Origin: Octopus sinensis
Lineage: Eukaryota
DNA: 64,000 nt
Direction of reading: 5' to 3'
NCBI RefSeq assembly: GCF_006345805.1
Contig: NC_043009.1
Coordinates: 40,176,001 to 40,240,000, forward strand
The notes under the pieces are model-generated. The model was not told the DNA's origin and searched no databases. It was given only the letters and a program-made list of their open reading frames with translations. Below, in pieces: positions 38,665 to 52,399 of this stretch (within the stretch, counting starts at the first letter, position 1; every line of letters begins with the position of its first letter). A program made the translations under genes and the position numbers.

Positions 38665-38970
38665 GTGGCGTGGGTGTATAAGAAGAAATTAACTTCTTAA
38701 CAACACGGTTCCTGGTTCAGTCCCACTGCGTAGCACCTTGGGCAAGTATGTTCTGCTATAGCTTCGTGCCGCCCGAAGCCTTGTGACTGGATTTGGTAGA
38801 CAAAAACAGAAAGAAGCCTGTTGTGTATAGATCGATGAGCATGTATTTCTGTCTGTGATTTTTTCCCCTCACCACCGCTTGATAACCGGTGTTGGTGTCG
38901 CCCTACGAGTAGAACAAAATAAATACTAGGCTTAAAAAATTTAGGGGAGTCAAATGACTGCAAAATGAAA
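38665..38970 (+). mobile_element. SINE family A, diverged copy
   Basis: ggttcagtcccactgcgtagcaccttgggcaag..gccttgtgactggatttggtagac. Confidence 0.8.
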
Positions 38971-39019
38971 AAATAAAAAAAATAGATAAAATAAAGTAAC
39001 TGTGTTTACCACAGGGGCT

Positions 39020-39370
39020 CAAAAACAGAAATTTGCAGGATGATGAGAGTCGATTAACTCGACCCCAGTACATGACTGGTATTTTATTATGTCGAGGTCA
39101 GAGGAATGAAAGGCAAAGTTGACATTGGTGGAATTTGAACTCAGAATGTAAAGAGAAGGGAATATAATTGCTTTGTCCAAACGATAAAGGCCTGACATTT
39201 GGGGAAGGTGCGAAGTGAATCTCATCGACTCAGATCTTAACAGAAAATTTATTTTACGAATACCGAAAGAATGAAATGCAATGTCGGCCTCAACGGGATT
39301 TTAACTCAGAACGTAAATAACATTGATTATATAACGCATGGCATTGTATTTGACGCACTAACGATTCTAA
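39020..39370 (-). mobile_element. Two diverged SINE family B copies
   Basis: atgaaaggcaaagttgac..ggaatttgaactcagaa motif twice. Confidence 0.7.
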
Positions 39371-39725
39371 TAATAATAAAAAAAAAATAATCTTCCTTTG
39401 TATTTGCCTCAAAAACCCATTCATATAATAAATCTGTTTCAAAATGGTTTGTAATATGTGAGTGCATGCTTGCCTAGAGGGTGCACGTGTGTGTGCGCGC
39501 GTATGTGTATGTCCCCACTTCTACAAACGTCTTTGGCGCAAAACACTTCACACGACCATACTTCAGAGAAGCTGTGTCCTTTGTTTGTAGTAGAGAAGGA
39601 AATGACAAAAATTCCTTTGAAACAATTATGCTTCGTACATTTTAGATATCTGAATTCCTCTTTAAGCTAGTAGTCTGTGACTTAACATTCAGATCATACC
39701 GCAGCTTCAATGATATGTGTGTGGG

Positions 39726-39793
<68 letters not shown>

Positions 39794-40087
39794 TGCATGC
39801 GTGTGTGTATAAATCCATAAAAAGAACTAGAAAGAAGAATGGAGAATTATACAACCTCAAAATTTACTTATTACAGTATTATACGCATAAAATTCCAATC
39901 CGACACGTGTTTCTGTTGGATAGGTGTCGTAATGTCCATTGATGTAGCATTTAGTTGCATTTTGTTAGTTTACCCATGCGTGTGGGGGAAGTGAAAGGAG
40001 TGTTCGAGTGTTACACCTTCTGAAGGCATATATTAGGAGCGAGATCACAAAATCTTAGGGTGCTTTGAAATAGAATACGACTATACT

Positions 40088-40238
40088 TCTGGCCGAGGTC
40101 GACTTTGCCTTTCATCCTTTCGGGGTCGATAAATTAAGTAACAGTTACGCACTGGCGTCGATGTAATCAACTTAATACCCATGTCTGTCCTTGTTTGTCC
40201 CCTCTACGTTTAGCCCCTTGTGGGCAATAAAGAAATAG
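40088..40238 (+). mobile_element. SINE family B, 5'-truncated
   Basis: Central domain and tail closely match 28328-28563. Confidence 0.9.
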
Positions 40239-40689
40239 GTATCATTTAACTTAAAATACGATTATACTTCTGGTATCATTTAAACTTAAAATGACCTTTT
40301 TATAATTTAAGGAAATAGAATATTTAATATCCTTAGGAGTAGCAAAATACTTTATTTAGGTCAGGATGTATTCACCTCAGTGAACACGCATAACGAGGAT
40401 TAAATGATATCATATAAGACTGAAAAGGAAGCGAAAAAATAGAAAATAAATGGAAAATAAAGAAGAAATATATATTGTTCTAATATGGGTATTCAAACTA
40501 ATGCAAACCATAAAGTTTTATACTTTTTTTCAATATGATTAATGTAGTGCTGACTGAGATGAGTAAAGTAAATTGAAGTATTAATCATATTTAGTCATAA
40601 TCCACAAAGAAAAACTATAATTATGAGGTTTATTATGAGCTTACTAAAATCTAACTACAGTAACCTTGCGATTATTTAACGAGGTTAAC

Positions 40690-41115
40690 TTATATGCATT
40701 TCTATGTATGTGATATCTTATAAAATGCTTATTTGAGAAGTACTTAAACACTTTTCTAAAAGAAAGTGCGCATTTTAGAGCTAATTCCTCTCTGTGATTT
40801 AATATGCAATTACAGATAAAGATTTAAAGTATTTCTTCCAAGCGTTACTAATAATTACCCATTTAATATCATATTTAGTGTCTTTGACCTTTCAAGACCA
40901 GATGAACTCACTCAAACTTACAAGCTTCTTTTTGACTTATTTTTTGGACGAACAAAGGTGGTCATGTAATCTTAGCTTTAAATCAGTAGAACATGATCCT
41001 ATGTAATAACTAGAAGTACCAACAGCTGTTATTGTACATCTGTAAACTGTTTTTAATTTCTGAGACATTGCTCTTCAAGCGGACATAATTTTCTCTTACA
41101 GTTACAATAATGCTT
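40690..41115 (-). pseudogene. Penelope-like element GIY-YIG endonuclease domain, degenerate
   Basis: Manual translation: CNCKRKLCPLEEQCL..VYRCTITAVGTSSYYIGSCSTDLKLRLHDH..SLSEFIWS*KVKDTKYDIKWVI, matching the PLE pattern CNC..CPL...CL..VVY..YIG..FKxR..H..LS..IW.LK..I.W.I. Confidence 0.8.
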
Positions 41116-41554
41116 ATTAATATTAGCTCTATGTTTGCTACTGGCAGAAGTATCAAGTATTCCATCTATGTTATGTGTTAGTCTTCGGGTATTATTAGTC
41201 TCGCTATAGATTAAATTAAGTGTGTTATTAGACTCGTTAATTGACTCAATTAATTTCTATAAGTGAGGTATGAGCCTAGTTATCTCCCTTAGACTATCTT
41301 CCGTAGGTACTTCATTGTTTTTACACCTGTTGTTAGCCAAACAGGTGTTTATTATCATTCATATTATGTTTCACCATATCTGTATAGTGATTATCACCAC
41401 GAGCCATATATTACTATCTATATTAAGTTTGTTATTTGTGTTTACTCGGTTCCTATAAGTGAATTCTCCAATTATGTGCTGCAATAACTTGGGCTAGTTT
41501 ACTATCTGTCGGAAAGGCAAACCGAATCACGGACCTGTTCAAGACCTGAATGTA

Positions 41555-42119
41555 TTGGGCTCTCCGGAAAGTTCGTACCGATTTATAGTAGCTTACCCTA
41601 CGACTTATTTTAGAGCATGGTTGAGTCCATAGAATAAGATTTGACTACACCTCCATTTAGAGCACAGTTTAAGCTATCTTTTCGTGGAAGAAGGTTTATG
41701 TTCCTATAACCTGTGTTAATTCTGCAACCCTTTAAAATGGAAGATAAGAAAATTCATTTTCGGCACTTGATGCTTTGGGAACCAGACAAAAATTGCTGCA
41801 GCTCGGCTGGGATGTGTTACCCCACCTTCCATATTCACCAGATATTGCTCCTTCGGATTTCCACTTATTCAGGTCTCTGCAGAATAGTCTTAATGGTAAA
41901 AATTTCAATTCTTTGGATGACATTAAAATGTACCTTGATGAATCCTTTGCCATGAAACCACCTCAATTCTGGGAAGAGGGTATTTTCAAGATAAAGGAAA
42001 GATGGAGACACATTGTGCAACAAAATGGTTCATATTTGGTTGATTAAAATTGTAATGGCAAGTATTTATTGACTTTTTCTTTCCTTTAAAAATCGGCACG
42101 TACTTTCCGGACAACCCAA
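41555..42119 (+). mobile_element. Internally deleted mariner, copy 2 (565 bp)
   Basis: TA on both sides; TIRs; MEDKKIHFRHLMLWE fused to RQKLLQLGWDVLPHLPYSPDIAPSDFHLFRSLQNSLNG..QQNGSYLVD*. Confidence 0.93.
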
Positions 42120-43195
42120 TACTTACTAGGTAGTGGAAAGTGTCTAACTAATGCAGCAAAAAAACTTGCAGGTATGTTTGAGGCTCCTTACGTTTTAGTT
42201 TCAAATTCTTCTTAGATCAACATTCCCTTTGATCCTTTTGAGTACCAGTAAGGTACTTGGGTTGATGACATCCCTTATCCCCTAATTTAAAGTTGATGGT
42301 CTTGTGCCAAACTTAGAAAAAAATTATCATTATTATTATGAGTCAATCTATATCCTTCCACTAAGCACCACTTTCCTCCACACATTTACCGTTTTCTTCA
42401 AGAAGTGCTTTAAATTTCGCTTGGCCGGAATGAAAGAGCGAAACTCTTGACTACATCATTTCCTCTTCAGCATGATGGGTCTAGTTACTCTGAGGAGCGA
42501 AAAGAAAGATTTTTGACTGTCATTTGAATAAAGTTTTGCAGTAAAAAGCTCTTCTGTCTGCTTTACCTTGAAATCTGAGTTGCTTCTTTAAGATATTTCC
42601 GTCTGTTATTCTTCGTGAATTACTATTTGCGATCGATACTCCTTTTCCCTATAACTCTTATGATTTACTTTATGTTAGAGAGACAGCTTCAGTTAATTGT
42701 CGCTACTCTTCGTGTGTGTCCTGTTTATGCGTTAAAAATAGAGCACTCCTTTATTCTTATTTCTTTGCATTTTACGAGAGAGACTAGTTGACGTTCTTTA
42801 CTATCACCATGACCAATGAGTACCGAAAAGTTTAACGCCTGGCATCAGTTTTGATTTATTCATGTCTCAGATGATACATGTTGACTGAATGGATTGCTTT
42901 TGTTGCTGTAATTTTGTTGGTACTTTTTCGTGCAAAAGCCGTTCAAATTCACTTATCTGGATTCTCTACCCTCCACTAACAGTCTCAGATACCTTGTTCC
43001 AGTACCTCTTATGGTGACTATGTCTTGGATGGAACTGCATTCTCTTACCATTGCCCTCATCTGAATGCATCTGTCCACATACAAGTCCTCATGTCTCTTC
43101 ATTCCAAAGTTTACCTTCTCCCAGAACCCTTTTGTGCAAATCAAACAGGTTCAATGCTTCCTCTCAGCTGATATGAGCCCTTTGTACACGTATAT

Positions 43196-43293
<98 letters not shown>

Positions 43294-43329
43294 CCCTGAG
43301 CTTTAGCGTCTATACTCCTAGGATGTCGG

Positions 43330-43530
43330 TTCCGAGGTCACAGCATTCTCCCTGAACGAGATGCCAGTGTCCATTGCAGAGTTATTCAGTTACAGCTGAG
43401 TGGACTGCAACAACGTAGAATGAAGTGTTTTACTCAATACTCAAGAACACAACGTATCATCCGGACTGGATATCGAAACAACGGCCTTGCTATTATGAAT
43501 GCAATACCCTAAACACCAGGTCATACGCTT
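43330..43530 (-). mobile_element. SINE family C, diverged
   Basis: gctgagtggactgcaacaacgtagaatgaagtgttt..caagaacacaacg..atcgaaac..accctaaacaccagg. Confidence 0.55.
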
Positions 43531-43738
43531 TCACTCAAGCATACATCAATGTCACTGTTCTTTGCGTGTTCCCTATAACCGAATATAACGCTGGATAATT
43601 TTAAGTAAGAATTTCCTTTCGCAAGGACTGACTTCTTTAAGAATATCTTCAGTTCATAGCAGTTGATTGGAGGATTTCTAAAACTAAGATATTAGAAAAG
43701 ACTTATATTTACTCGGGACTTATATTTAGCGAACAATA

Positions 43739-44136
43739 TAGGCGCAGGAGTAGCTGTGTGGTAAGTAGCTTGATTACCAACCACATGGTTCTGGGTTCAG
43801 TTCCACTGCGTGGTACCTTGGGCAAGTGTTTTCTACTATAGCGTTGAGCTGACCAAAGCCTTGTGAGTGGATTTGGTATATATATATATATACATGTATG
43901 TATATATGTGTGTGTGTGTGTGTGTTTGTGTCTTTGTGTTTGTCCCCCAACATCGCTTGACAACCGATGGTGGTTTGTTTACGTTCCCGTAACTTAGCGG
44001 TTCGGCAAAAGTGACCGATAGAATAAGTACTAGGCTTACAAATATTAAGTCCTGGGGTCGATTTGCTCGACTAAAGGCGGTGCTCCAGCATGGCCGCAGT
44101 CAAATGACTGAAACAAGTAAAAGAGTAAAAGAGTAA
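43739..44136 (+). mobile_element. SINE family A, full length with a small internal deletion
   Basis: Head taggcgcaggagtagctgtgtggtaag to tail gtaaaagagtaaaagagtaaa. Confidence 0.93.
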
Positions 44137-44947
44137 ACAAGTGATTTAACCTTAGATGTTATAGTGTTGAAAATATATCGACTACATCATGTAAAGAACT
44201 ATTTTTAGATGTTTAATAATATTAAGAAGCTGTTAAATTCACTTTAAATCCGATTGTATTTCACGAAATTGACAGAAGTATTGTCGCGTCACTGACACAG
44301 TTTCACTGCTGTTGTGTGAGGAAAATGTTGAATCCTTATGAAAATGTTGAACCCTTATGAAATAAGGTAAAATTTAAAACAAAATTTAACAGTTTCTGCG
44401 TGTTATATTAATAGCTAGAATGCCATTTTTATACTATAGGTGCATCTGCTTGCCTGTTTCCTTTCATATAATGATTTTCCTTTCATAAATGATTTTCTCC
44501 TTAAAGTTATCGCACCGTATGTTCAACATTTATGCGTCTTCTATCGGCAGAACAGCCTTTGCCTGGCTTATATAACTAACTCAGTTCACCATCAGTTGCA
44601 CGTTTTAATCAAGAGTAAATCTAATATATTTAAGTAGCATTTGCAGAGTAATTTACCTACCTTTCATAAACAGTTCTACACAATCAATATTTCAGATACA
44701 GTTATAGATTATTATACAATATAGGTCATAGACACTGTTATTTCATGTACTCTCAGCGCGTTTAAGATACTGTTATGGACCATTTTCAATATTTCATTTC
44801 TGCTGACAAATGTGAATGGACGAAATAGCAATATGCAGTTTTTTTATTTATATTCTGTGACAGCGAGAATCTTCAACATTTCTGAGCTTGGGACTTCTGT
44901 AGCCAGTGATGTATATATTCTCTCTCTCTCTCTCTTTTCTATCTTTC

Positions 44948-45004
<57 letters not shown>

Positions 45005-45837
45005 TATATATATAATATATATATATATATGCGTGTGTGTGTGTGTAATGTTTGAAGTGGTGTAGAGATATTGTACATTGAGAAAAAGAGGCAATCATTA
45101 TTTGGGTAATTCTTTATTAGCGCTTTCGTTCGTTTAACCGAAGTCTTCAAGAAAATTATTAAACCCCAAATAATAAAAAACATAACGTTTCCCCGTTTTC
45201 TTTTTTAATGTGAATCGGATGTTTTTTGTTTTGTTTAGAAGAGGAGAAAATTTTGTCTTTTGCAGAAAGGGACAAAGAGTGGGAGACTGGGAGCAGGACA
45301 ATCTAGAAAGAGGTAGAAAAGCAAAGGAGTGGGGAAAAGATAGATAGACAGAGAGAGAGAGAGCGAGAAAGAGAGAGGTTACTTTTCAATTTATATATAT
45401 ATATATATATATATAGATATATATATATATATATATATGTATGTATTTATGTATGTATGTATTTATGTATGTATTCATGTATGTATGTATGTACGTATGT
45501 ATATATATGCGCACGATCTACAATTCGACTGGAGTCCTATCTTGTCTACTTCACTAAATGGCAAGTTGTCAAAGTTTTAGGATTGGTTCCATTATGTTAC
45601 CGTGTTTGTTTACTGAAGTGGTCTCTCGTTTATTTCCTGCCACTTATCATTGACTTTGTTTGTTGCTGTTGATATGTTAGGTTGTTTGTTTTTTTTGTTG
45701 TTTTTTTCTTGACTGCGCACTATTCTACTCTTACCTTTCCGGACTGAAAGCAATTAAATACTCTTTATACCCCTAGTCGGATTATCTTGGATTTTTCTTC
45801 TATCTATTAACAATTCATTTGTCCAAGTCGAGACTTG

Positions 45838-46273
45838 GGATCTTTTCGGTTTGAACGGTAGTTTTTAACATAATTTCTAGGTAACTAAAATATTTTAAAC
45901 TTCGTATACTGGTAGAATGTGTTTATAAAACATCTTTTTCTCTTGGCTTTATTGAGAAAATTCTGTAGTTTGTAAGATAGTTGTTGTTTTTTTTTCTCTT
46001 CAATTTCTGCAATTTCAACCAATCACTGACGTCCATTGAGGTAAACAACATTCTGTGCCGCATGAATATGTCCCTCGTTTAAGAAACAGATTGGGTTTAT
46101 TTACATCTGTGAAGAAAAAAAGATACCCTTTCCCCACCCCTAACCCTAACCCTAACTAACCCTAACCCTAAAATAGATTGAAATGCAATAGATCGATACT
46201 ATGGTCATAATTATGGGTGACAATTTCATATGATACCGCTAGAAAAAAAATGCCGTTCAAATCGAAAAGATCC
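45838..46273. mobile_element. 436-bp MITE with GG-ended TIRs, 8-bp TSD and internal (CCCTAA)n; Merlin-like by terminal features
   Basis: TIRs ggatcttttcggtttgaacgg / ccgttcaaatcgaaaagatcc; perfect TSD gagacttg at 45830-45837 and 46274-46281; telomere-type repeats at ~46137-46171. Confidence 0.85.
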
Positions 46274-47717
46274 GAGACTTGAAACAAGCAAACAGCCAAT
46301 TTGCAGCCCCGTCAATGGTGCAGACAATACGCAGTAAACAGAAAGGGTACATATCTGGGCTTCGTTCCTTCTTTTATTTATCTTTTTATTTATTTATATT
46401 TTTAGTTTCTTTTAATAAAAAGGCTGTAAGGAGTGGGACCCACAACTCCAAAACAAATTCCCTAACATCTTCTAGAACGGAGATCACCGTTCGTTGCGCG
46501 ACTCTTGATGCTGACTTGCAAAAAGATACACGTTTAATTTTGTGTAGTATTATTGCTTTTATTTTAAACACTCTCAACTCTGCATTGTTTTTGCAGGCAC
46601 TCCTAGAAAGTATATGTGTGTCTGTGCTGTTTTCGAACGTACTGCTCTGTAATCTTAGATGGCCAATTCTGGTAGCATTTTTTTTTTTGGCCCTGTCTGG
46701 TTGCAACTTAAAGAGTGACAATACTCTCAGAATAGTCTCGTGATGAATCACTCCTTGTATTTTAACACGAATTCGCTCTCTCAAAGCACCATTTCTTTCG
46801 TGGAGTCTTTCGTGAAACCAAACTCTTATCTCACTTGTCATTGCCAATGCTATGACCTTCATAAATCTTTGACCAAATAACCTTTGACCTCCACAAATCT
46901 TTGACCTCGATAGAAAGGGACTGTCATGGATATTTCCGACATGTTTACTACAGTATCATTTTTTATTTTATTTTTCGCCTGTTCCTTCCGAAACAAAATG
47001 TTGTCTTCGTGTAGCTAATGAAGGCCTGAGTTCTTTAATAATACACCATAGATGGGTTTTTCAATTCACCTTGCCTTAAGGGAGATATATCTGAACGTGA
47101 GTATCGTTTATTTACTTATTTATTTATTCACAATTTCCTCATACAACTATGTTCTCAACTGACATATTGTTATATTTCTTCCATTATTTCTGCTACGATG
47201 CTGATAACTAAGCGCTTACGGCTCGAGCACATATTTTATTTCTGTCATTCTTTTCCCTGTTACTGTTTTTCTCAGTTTTATACTCATTATTTTTGCTGTA
47301 TTTCTTGCCAGGTCTCCAACTTTATTGTCACTTTTGCCACTGTGGATATAATGTTGTTATTATTATTATTGTCAGAATTATTATCATAGATGTCTACATT
47401 ATATTATCGATATTTTTTTTTTTGAAAAAAAAAATTTTTGTTCTTCATATTACCAATATTGTGTCATGTAACTGTTGTTATCTTTGTTGCTGCTATGGTT
47501 TGAGATGTTGCTACGATTTGAGTAATTTTTCACAATGTTCAAAATATTTTCGTTTCTCTTTCTTTAAAAGATAAAGTACGAAGTTGGCTACACCATTATT
47601 AGGGGATTATCATCCATCGTCACCTCTGAAGACACGTTGTAATGGATTTCTGTCTTGGAGGCAGAAACAACAATCAGCAGAATCTCTTCCACGATAGGAG
47701 GAATACCTTCTTATCAG

Positions 47718-47780
<63 letters not shown>

Positions 47781-47797
47781 GCGTGTTTGTGCATCTA

Positions 47798-47855
<58 letters not shown>

Positions 47856-48047
47856 ATACATGTATGTATTTATGTATACATACAGACGCGCATACACATA
47901 TGTATACCTGTAAGTATATACAAACTTAAATCCATATACAAACATGTACACAAATACATAGATACACACATGCCTGTGCGTATATATATGAATATATGAA
48001 CATATACATATAAATATGAATACATATATGTGTATATATATATATAC

Positions 48048-48114
<67 letters not shown>

Positions 48115-48319
48115 GATCAAGCTTCCCTCTTTTTCATTGATAGAATAGCAATAAAGTAATAAAGCAATAAAATAAACACACTTTACTTCAGTTAGACAAA
48201 AATATTGTAACAAGTAAACGATGTTGATTCCCACATAATTTTCCATGGTTAATGAAGAACGGTAACACTACAACAAGAATGACTGTTGTTGCTGCTGCTG
48301 TCGCTTCTTCTATTACAAC

Positions 48320-48332
48320 AATAACAACAACA

Positions 48333-48373
<41 letters not shown>

Positions 48374-48411
48374 CGCTGCTACTACTACTACTACTACTAC
48401 TACTACCACTG

Positions 48412-48442
<31 letters not shown>

Positions 48443-48447
48443 CACTG

Positions 48448-48483
<36 letters not shown>

Positions 48484-48524
48484 ATACTACTACTACCGCT
48501 GCTACTACTACCACCACCACCACC

Positions 48525-48577
<53 letters not shown>

Positions 48578-48580
48578 CGC
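48320..48580. repeat. (CTA)n/(CCA)n/(CAA)n microsatellite
   Basis: Direct reading. Confidence 0.97.
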
Positions 48581-48881
48581 TACTGTTGAAGCGGATGCAC
48601 CGAATTTGTGGGAGTATTTCAGAAGCCTCAAGTAATATATCCGACCAAATGTGGCAAGTAGACTGGAAGCAAATCGAATCTGAGGTAAACAAGTAGAACT
48701 AAAATCAGAAGATGCTCTTCGAAGTTGGCCAACTAAGACTAAAGAGCGTGAAATTCGATCCGTATAGAAGCATTACTTCCTGGTCGTATTTCCTGAACTG
48801 CAAAGTTATCCGCAAGTTAACAGCTTAAAATGGTTTTTAATTTAGATAGAAGGTCAGACATTTTGAGAGCAGAGTCAATAC

Positions 48882-49115
48882 CTATTTCTTTACTACCTGC
48901 AAGGGGCTAAGCACAGAGAAGACAAACAAGGAAAGACAAGCGGATTAAGTCGATTATATCGACCCCAGTGCGTAACTGGTACTTATTTAATCGACCCCGA
49001 AAGGATGACAGGCAAAGTCGACCTCGGCGGAATTTGAACTCAGAACGTAACGGCAGACGAAATACCGCAAAGCATTTCACCCGGCGTGCTAACGTTTCTG
49101 CCAGCTCGCCGCCTT
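48882..49115 (-). mobile_element. SINE family B, full length with 15-bp TSD
   Basis: Flanks gagcagagtcaatac (48867-48881) and gagtagagtcaatac (49116-49130). Confidence 0.95.
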
Positions 49116-52100
49116 GAGTAGAGTCAATACCGGTGACAGTTAGTATTTTACTGGTACCTTATTTTATTTGATTACGGAAAGATGAAAAGCTGTGTTGCAC
49201 CTGGCAGGAACAATACCCAGGACGCGAAAAACTGCCTGGCATTTTGTCCGACACTCTAAAGATCGACTCCGGAGGGATGAAAGACAGCACTGACTCCGGC
49301 AAGAACTAAATTCGCAATGTAATGAGTCAGAAGAAGCACTGTATATAATTTTGTCGATGATCCGATGATTTTGCCAGTTCGATGTCTTGGCAGAGTTTAA
49401 AATATATCAAACAATACGCTGTCCTGACAGTAAAGGAAATTAAAGGATATCGCCACAAATTCTAAAATAGTAGCGTTTTGGTGAAGACCCCACCAAGAGT
49501 ATACGAAAGAACGATGACACCCTTTTTAGAGAATGTCGGGAACTTTGTTGTTGGGTAGAGGCCCGACACATTACAGCTGTTGTATTATGGATTAGACACC
49601 ATATTCCCCTCCAAAATGTAGAGTTCCGTGGAGCTAACCCTTTTTCTTTAATTTCCTTTGACTGCACCCATGACATTATTGACAACTGGATGTTTTCATA
49701 TTCATGACTTGTACAGTGGACACTTATTTAAGAAATGACCTCAGTTCACTTCCTTTAGATGTAGTTACCATCAGCTAGACTAGATTTTCCGACACGTTGC
49801 CATTTGCATTTTTTGTGGTAGACTACAATATGTATGTCTCCTTCGATCGGCCCTGGGGTGGGTGAGGTAGCGTTTTTCTTAAGGAAATGCTTACGTTTCG
49901 TGCTAATAATGATCTTTCGAGACCCGAGCAACAGGTCTGTACTCAAAGATGCTAATTGCAGTTTAAGCGGTGCTCTGATGTTGGGAGTTGTCACGTATAT
50001 ACCGCAGCAAGGGTAGGCAAGCCAGCCATTTTCAAGCACCTTGCTAAGTACATCAGCACAAATATTACTTGGTGAATGGCATCCTTGTACGTACTCCAGA
50101 CTTGAGTGTAATTAGCATATAGAAGTGGGATTGTCGTGTTTTTGGGAGGAGCAAAAATTTTTTCTGCTCAGATATTTCTAATCGTCTGGCAGATAACAAC
50201 TGTATTATTCGGATTTGCTAAAAGTGGTCCGGCGAAAATCAGAGAGACTCTCGAGATAAGTGGTTTTCAAACTACTAATACCAGCTCCACTAAAACTATT
50301 AGGGGAAGACATTTTATCCTTAGTTTCTTTATGATTTCTTATTTTGTCACAAAGGAACAATTTCTTTGGGTAGAGTTTTGTCTATACTGTCAACTTCAGC
50401 ATTTGACTTTATTCTATCGACCCCGAAAAGATGAAAGCAAAGTTGACGTTAACATGATTAGAACTCAGAAATTACAAAAGCGACAGAAATGCCGCACGGG
50501 AAAAAAATTAGAATTTCGATCTTTATAGTTCTTCTTTATTCATCATGGGGACGGACAAGTTTAAAAAACTGAAAATCATTCAAAATCTTATTAAACATAA
50601 TTTGTTCACCATCTTTTCAATCATGAACGCCTGCCTTTAGAAAATAGTATCTTAGATGGTACATAGTACATAGATGGTTCACTATACAGACCATAATTTT
50701 GTGATGTATACAGTCTACCGAGATAAGATCGTTAAGCAAGGGCCTGTTTCCTGGAAGCTTAACGCTCCTACTGCACTATGGAAAACTTACAGCGACTGGA
50801 TTAGTGAGCTAGCTAGGCAAGAATTGATAAGTGATTATAAATGATAGTTGGCGTTGCCAAGGAAAAATTAGAGTAGAATCGGTAAGATATAGTAACTAAA
50901 TAACAGAAAACCTCTTTAAACATGCGAGAAAATCAATTGTTAATATATGACAATAACTTTCTGTAGTGATCTACCAGATCTTGCTTGCTCGTGTTGTAGC
51001 AGACTCCTTTCTAAATTTAGCGTTATACTTTTACACGATCCTATATTCACTTTGGTATCAACGGGCATTTATATTTCTTCTAATTCTTCTACCGTTTCGT
51101 TTCACAACTCCAATCACTCTTGACGTATAGAGATGCATACAGACACACATACATACTAATACAACACTCCCACATACATGGAGTTGTGTTTGTCTTTACA
51201 CACAACGAATTATGATAATTTTCCCTCTTCCGCGCGGCAGAAGCATTTATGTTACTTTTATCTTTATTACTATTTACTTTGGATTACTTGCTGCCATCTC
51301 AAACACATACAGGATTTCACGGACTCTGTGCTTCACTTTATCCTTTCAGAAAGCCTTTAAAATCTCTTTTTTATGCCTCGAGACATAACTGTGTGAGTTA
51401 CTTCTGACATGAAAATTGCCATTTGGAAGATTAAGATTGAGAGAGATAACTATTGAAACGTGCTAGTAAAATCAATATTTGTCCTTCATACTAGTTTTAA
51501 ATCATTAGTCACGCCCACCTTTAATTTCTCTTCTAAACACACAGTTGATATCTGCTGTGTACTGCCTAATCTCCAGTGAAAATTCTCGCCAAAAATCATT
51601 AGTCTCTACTTCATTACTCCACTCTCGATCATACATAGCTTGACTTTTATTTCCAATCCGATTCATACCGATGCAGACCGTCACTATATCCTGCCAGTTC
51701 TTCTAACTGTCTCTACCGTTTCTCTTTGATTTCCCAGCTTGCATTACCGTTTTCCAGTTGCTTATATAACTAATTGCCATTACCTAGTTCTTGCTTCTCT
51801 TAATATGTCTCAACAGTATTTGTATTCTTAAAGTGTAATAGAACAATTTGGCACAGCTGACAGATACGACAAAAATAAAATACTCACCGGCGTACTTCGC
51901 TCTCTAGCTCACAGTAATACCGTATCCTCACTCTTCGAATTCTACAGCTACTACAATGACACCATTGTATTCGTCAGAAATAACATGTAGAATACAACTC
52001 CTGCAAGTACTCGCCTCATATATATTAATCTGTCCTCTTCCCGTCATACATACAGTCCCATGATCACCAATCATTTCTTCCCCATCTCCAAAATATTATT

Positions 52101-52289
52101 CTCTGTCTGGAATTTTCTCTTCCCACGCTCGTTTTCCATCAAATTTTTAATTTGTAGATGTTGAAGTGAATAGAACAATATCAATGTAACCCATCTTGTG
52201 CGTTAGACGGCTAAACCACGACAAATTATCATACACACCACATACACAAACGTACACATACTCACACACATATCTGCATATATATATAT

Positions 52290-52399
<110 letters not shown>

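Noticed and set aside
40897-40965. Apparent + strand exon (PDELTQTYKLLFDLFFGRTK) with a good acceptor, in phase with the 1439-1494 candidate exon
   Set aside because: It lies antisense within the Penelope-like GIY-YIG remnant, which explains the sequence better; the phase match has a 1-in-3 chance
42950-43180. Possible degenerate RTE 3' fragment
   Set aside because: Resemblance is too weak to support without an alignment
43739-43815. tRNA genes at SINE heads (also ~6210-6283, 8715-8788, 28328-28410)
   Set aside because: A/B-box-like motifs are present but no complete cloverleaf; each continues into a multicopy SINE body
44870-44912. Hammerhead-like remnant (- strand ..gctcagaaatgttgaag)
   Set aside because: The CUGANGA core is lost; only a suggestive outline remains
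46137-46171. Telomeric repeats suggesting a chromosome end or fusion
   Set aside because: Only ~5 units, and they are internal to a TIR/TSD-delimited MITE
47620-47675. CUGAAGA...GAAAC with hairpin tttctgtct/aggcagaaa
   Set aside because: The hairpin includes the GAAA itself, so the geometry is incompatible with a hammerhead
48252-48635. Thr-rich mucin-like ORF
   Set aside because: Almost entirely (CTA)n microsatellite; the short unique tail has no recognisable motif
51400-52140. Possible very old - strand LINE RT remnant (IGLEIKVKLCM..)
   Set aside because: No YADD-type or other diagnostic motif could be recovered by eye
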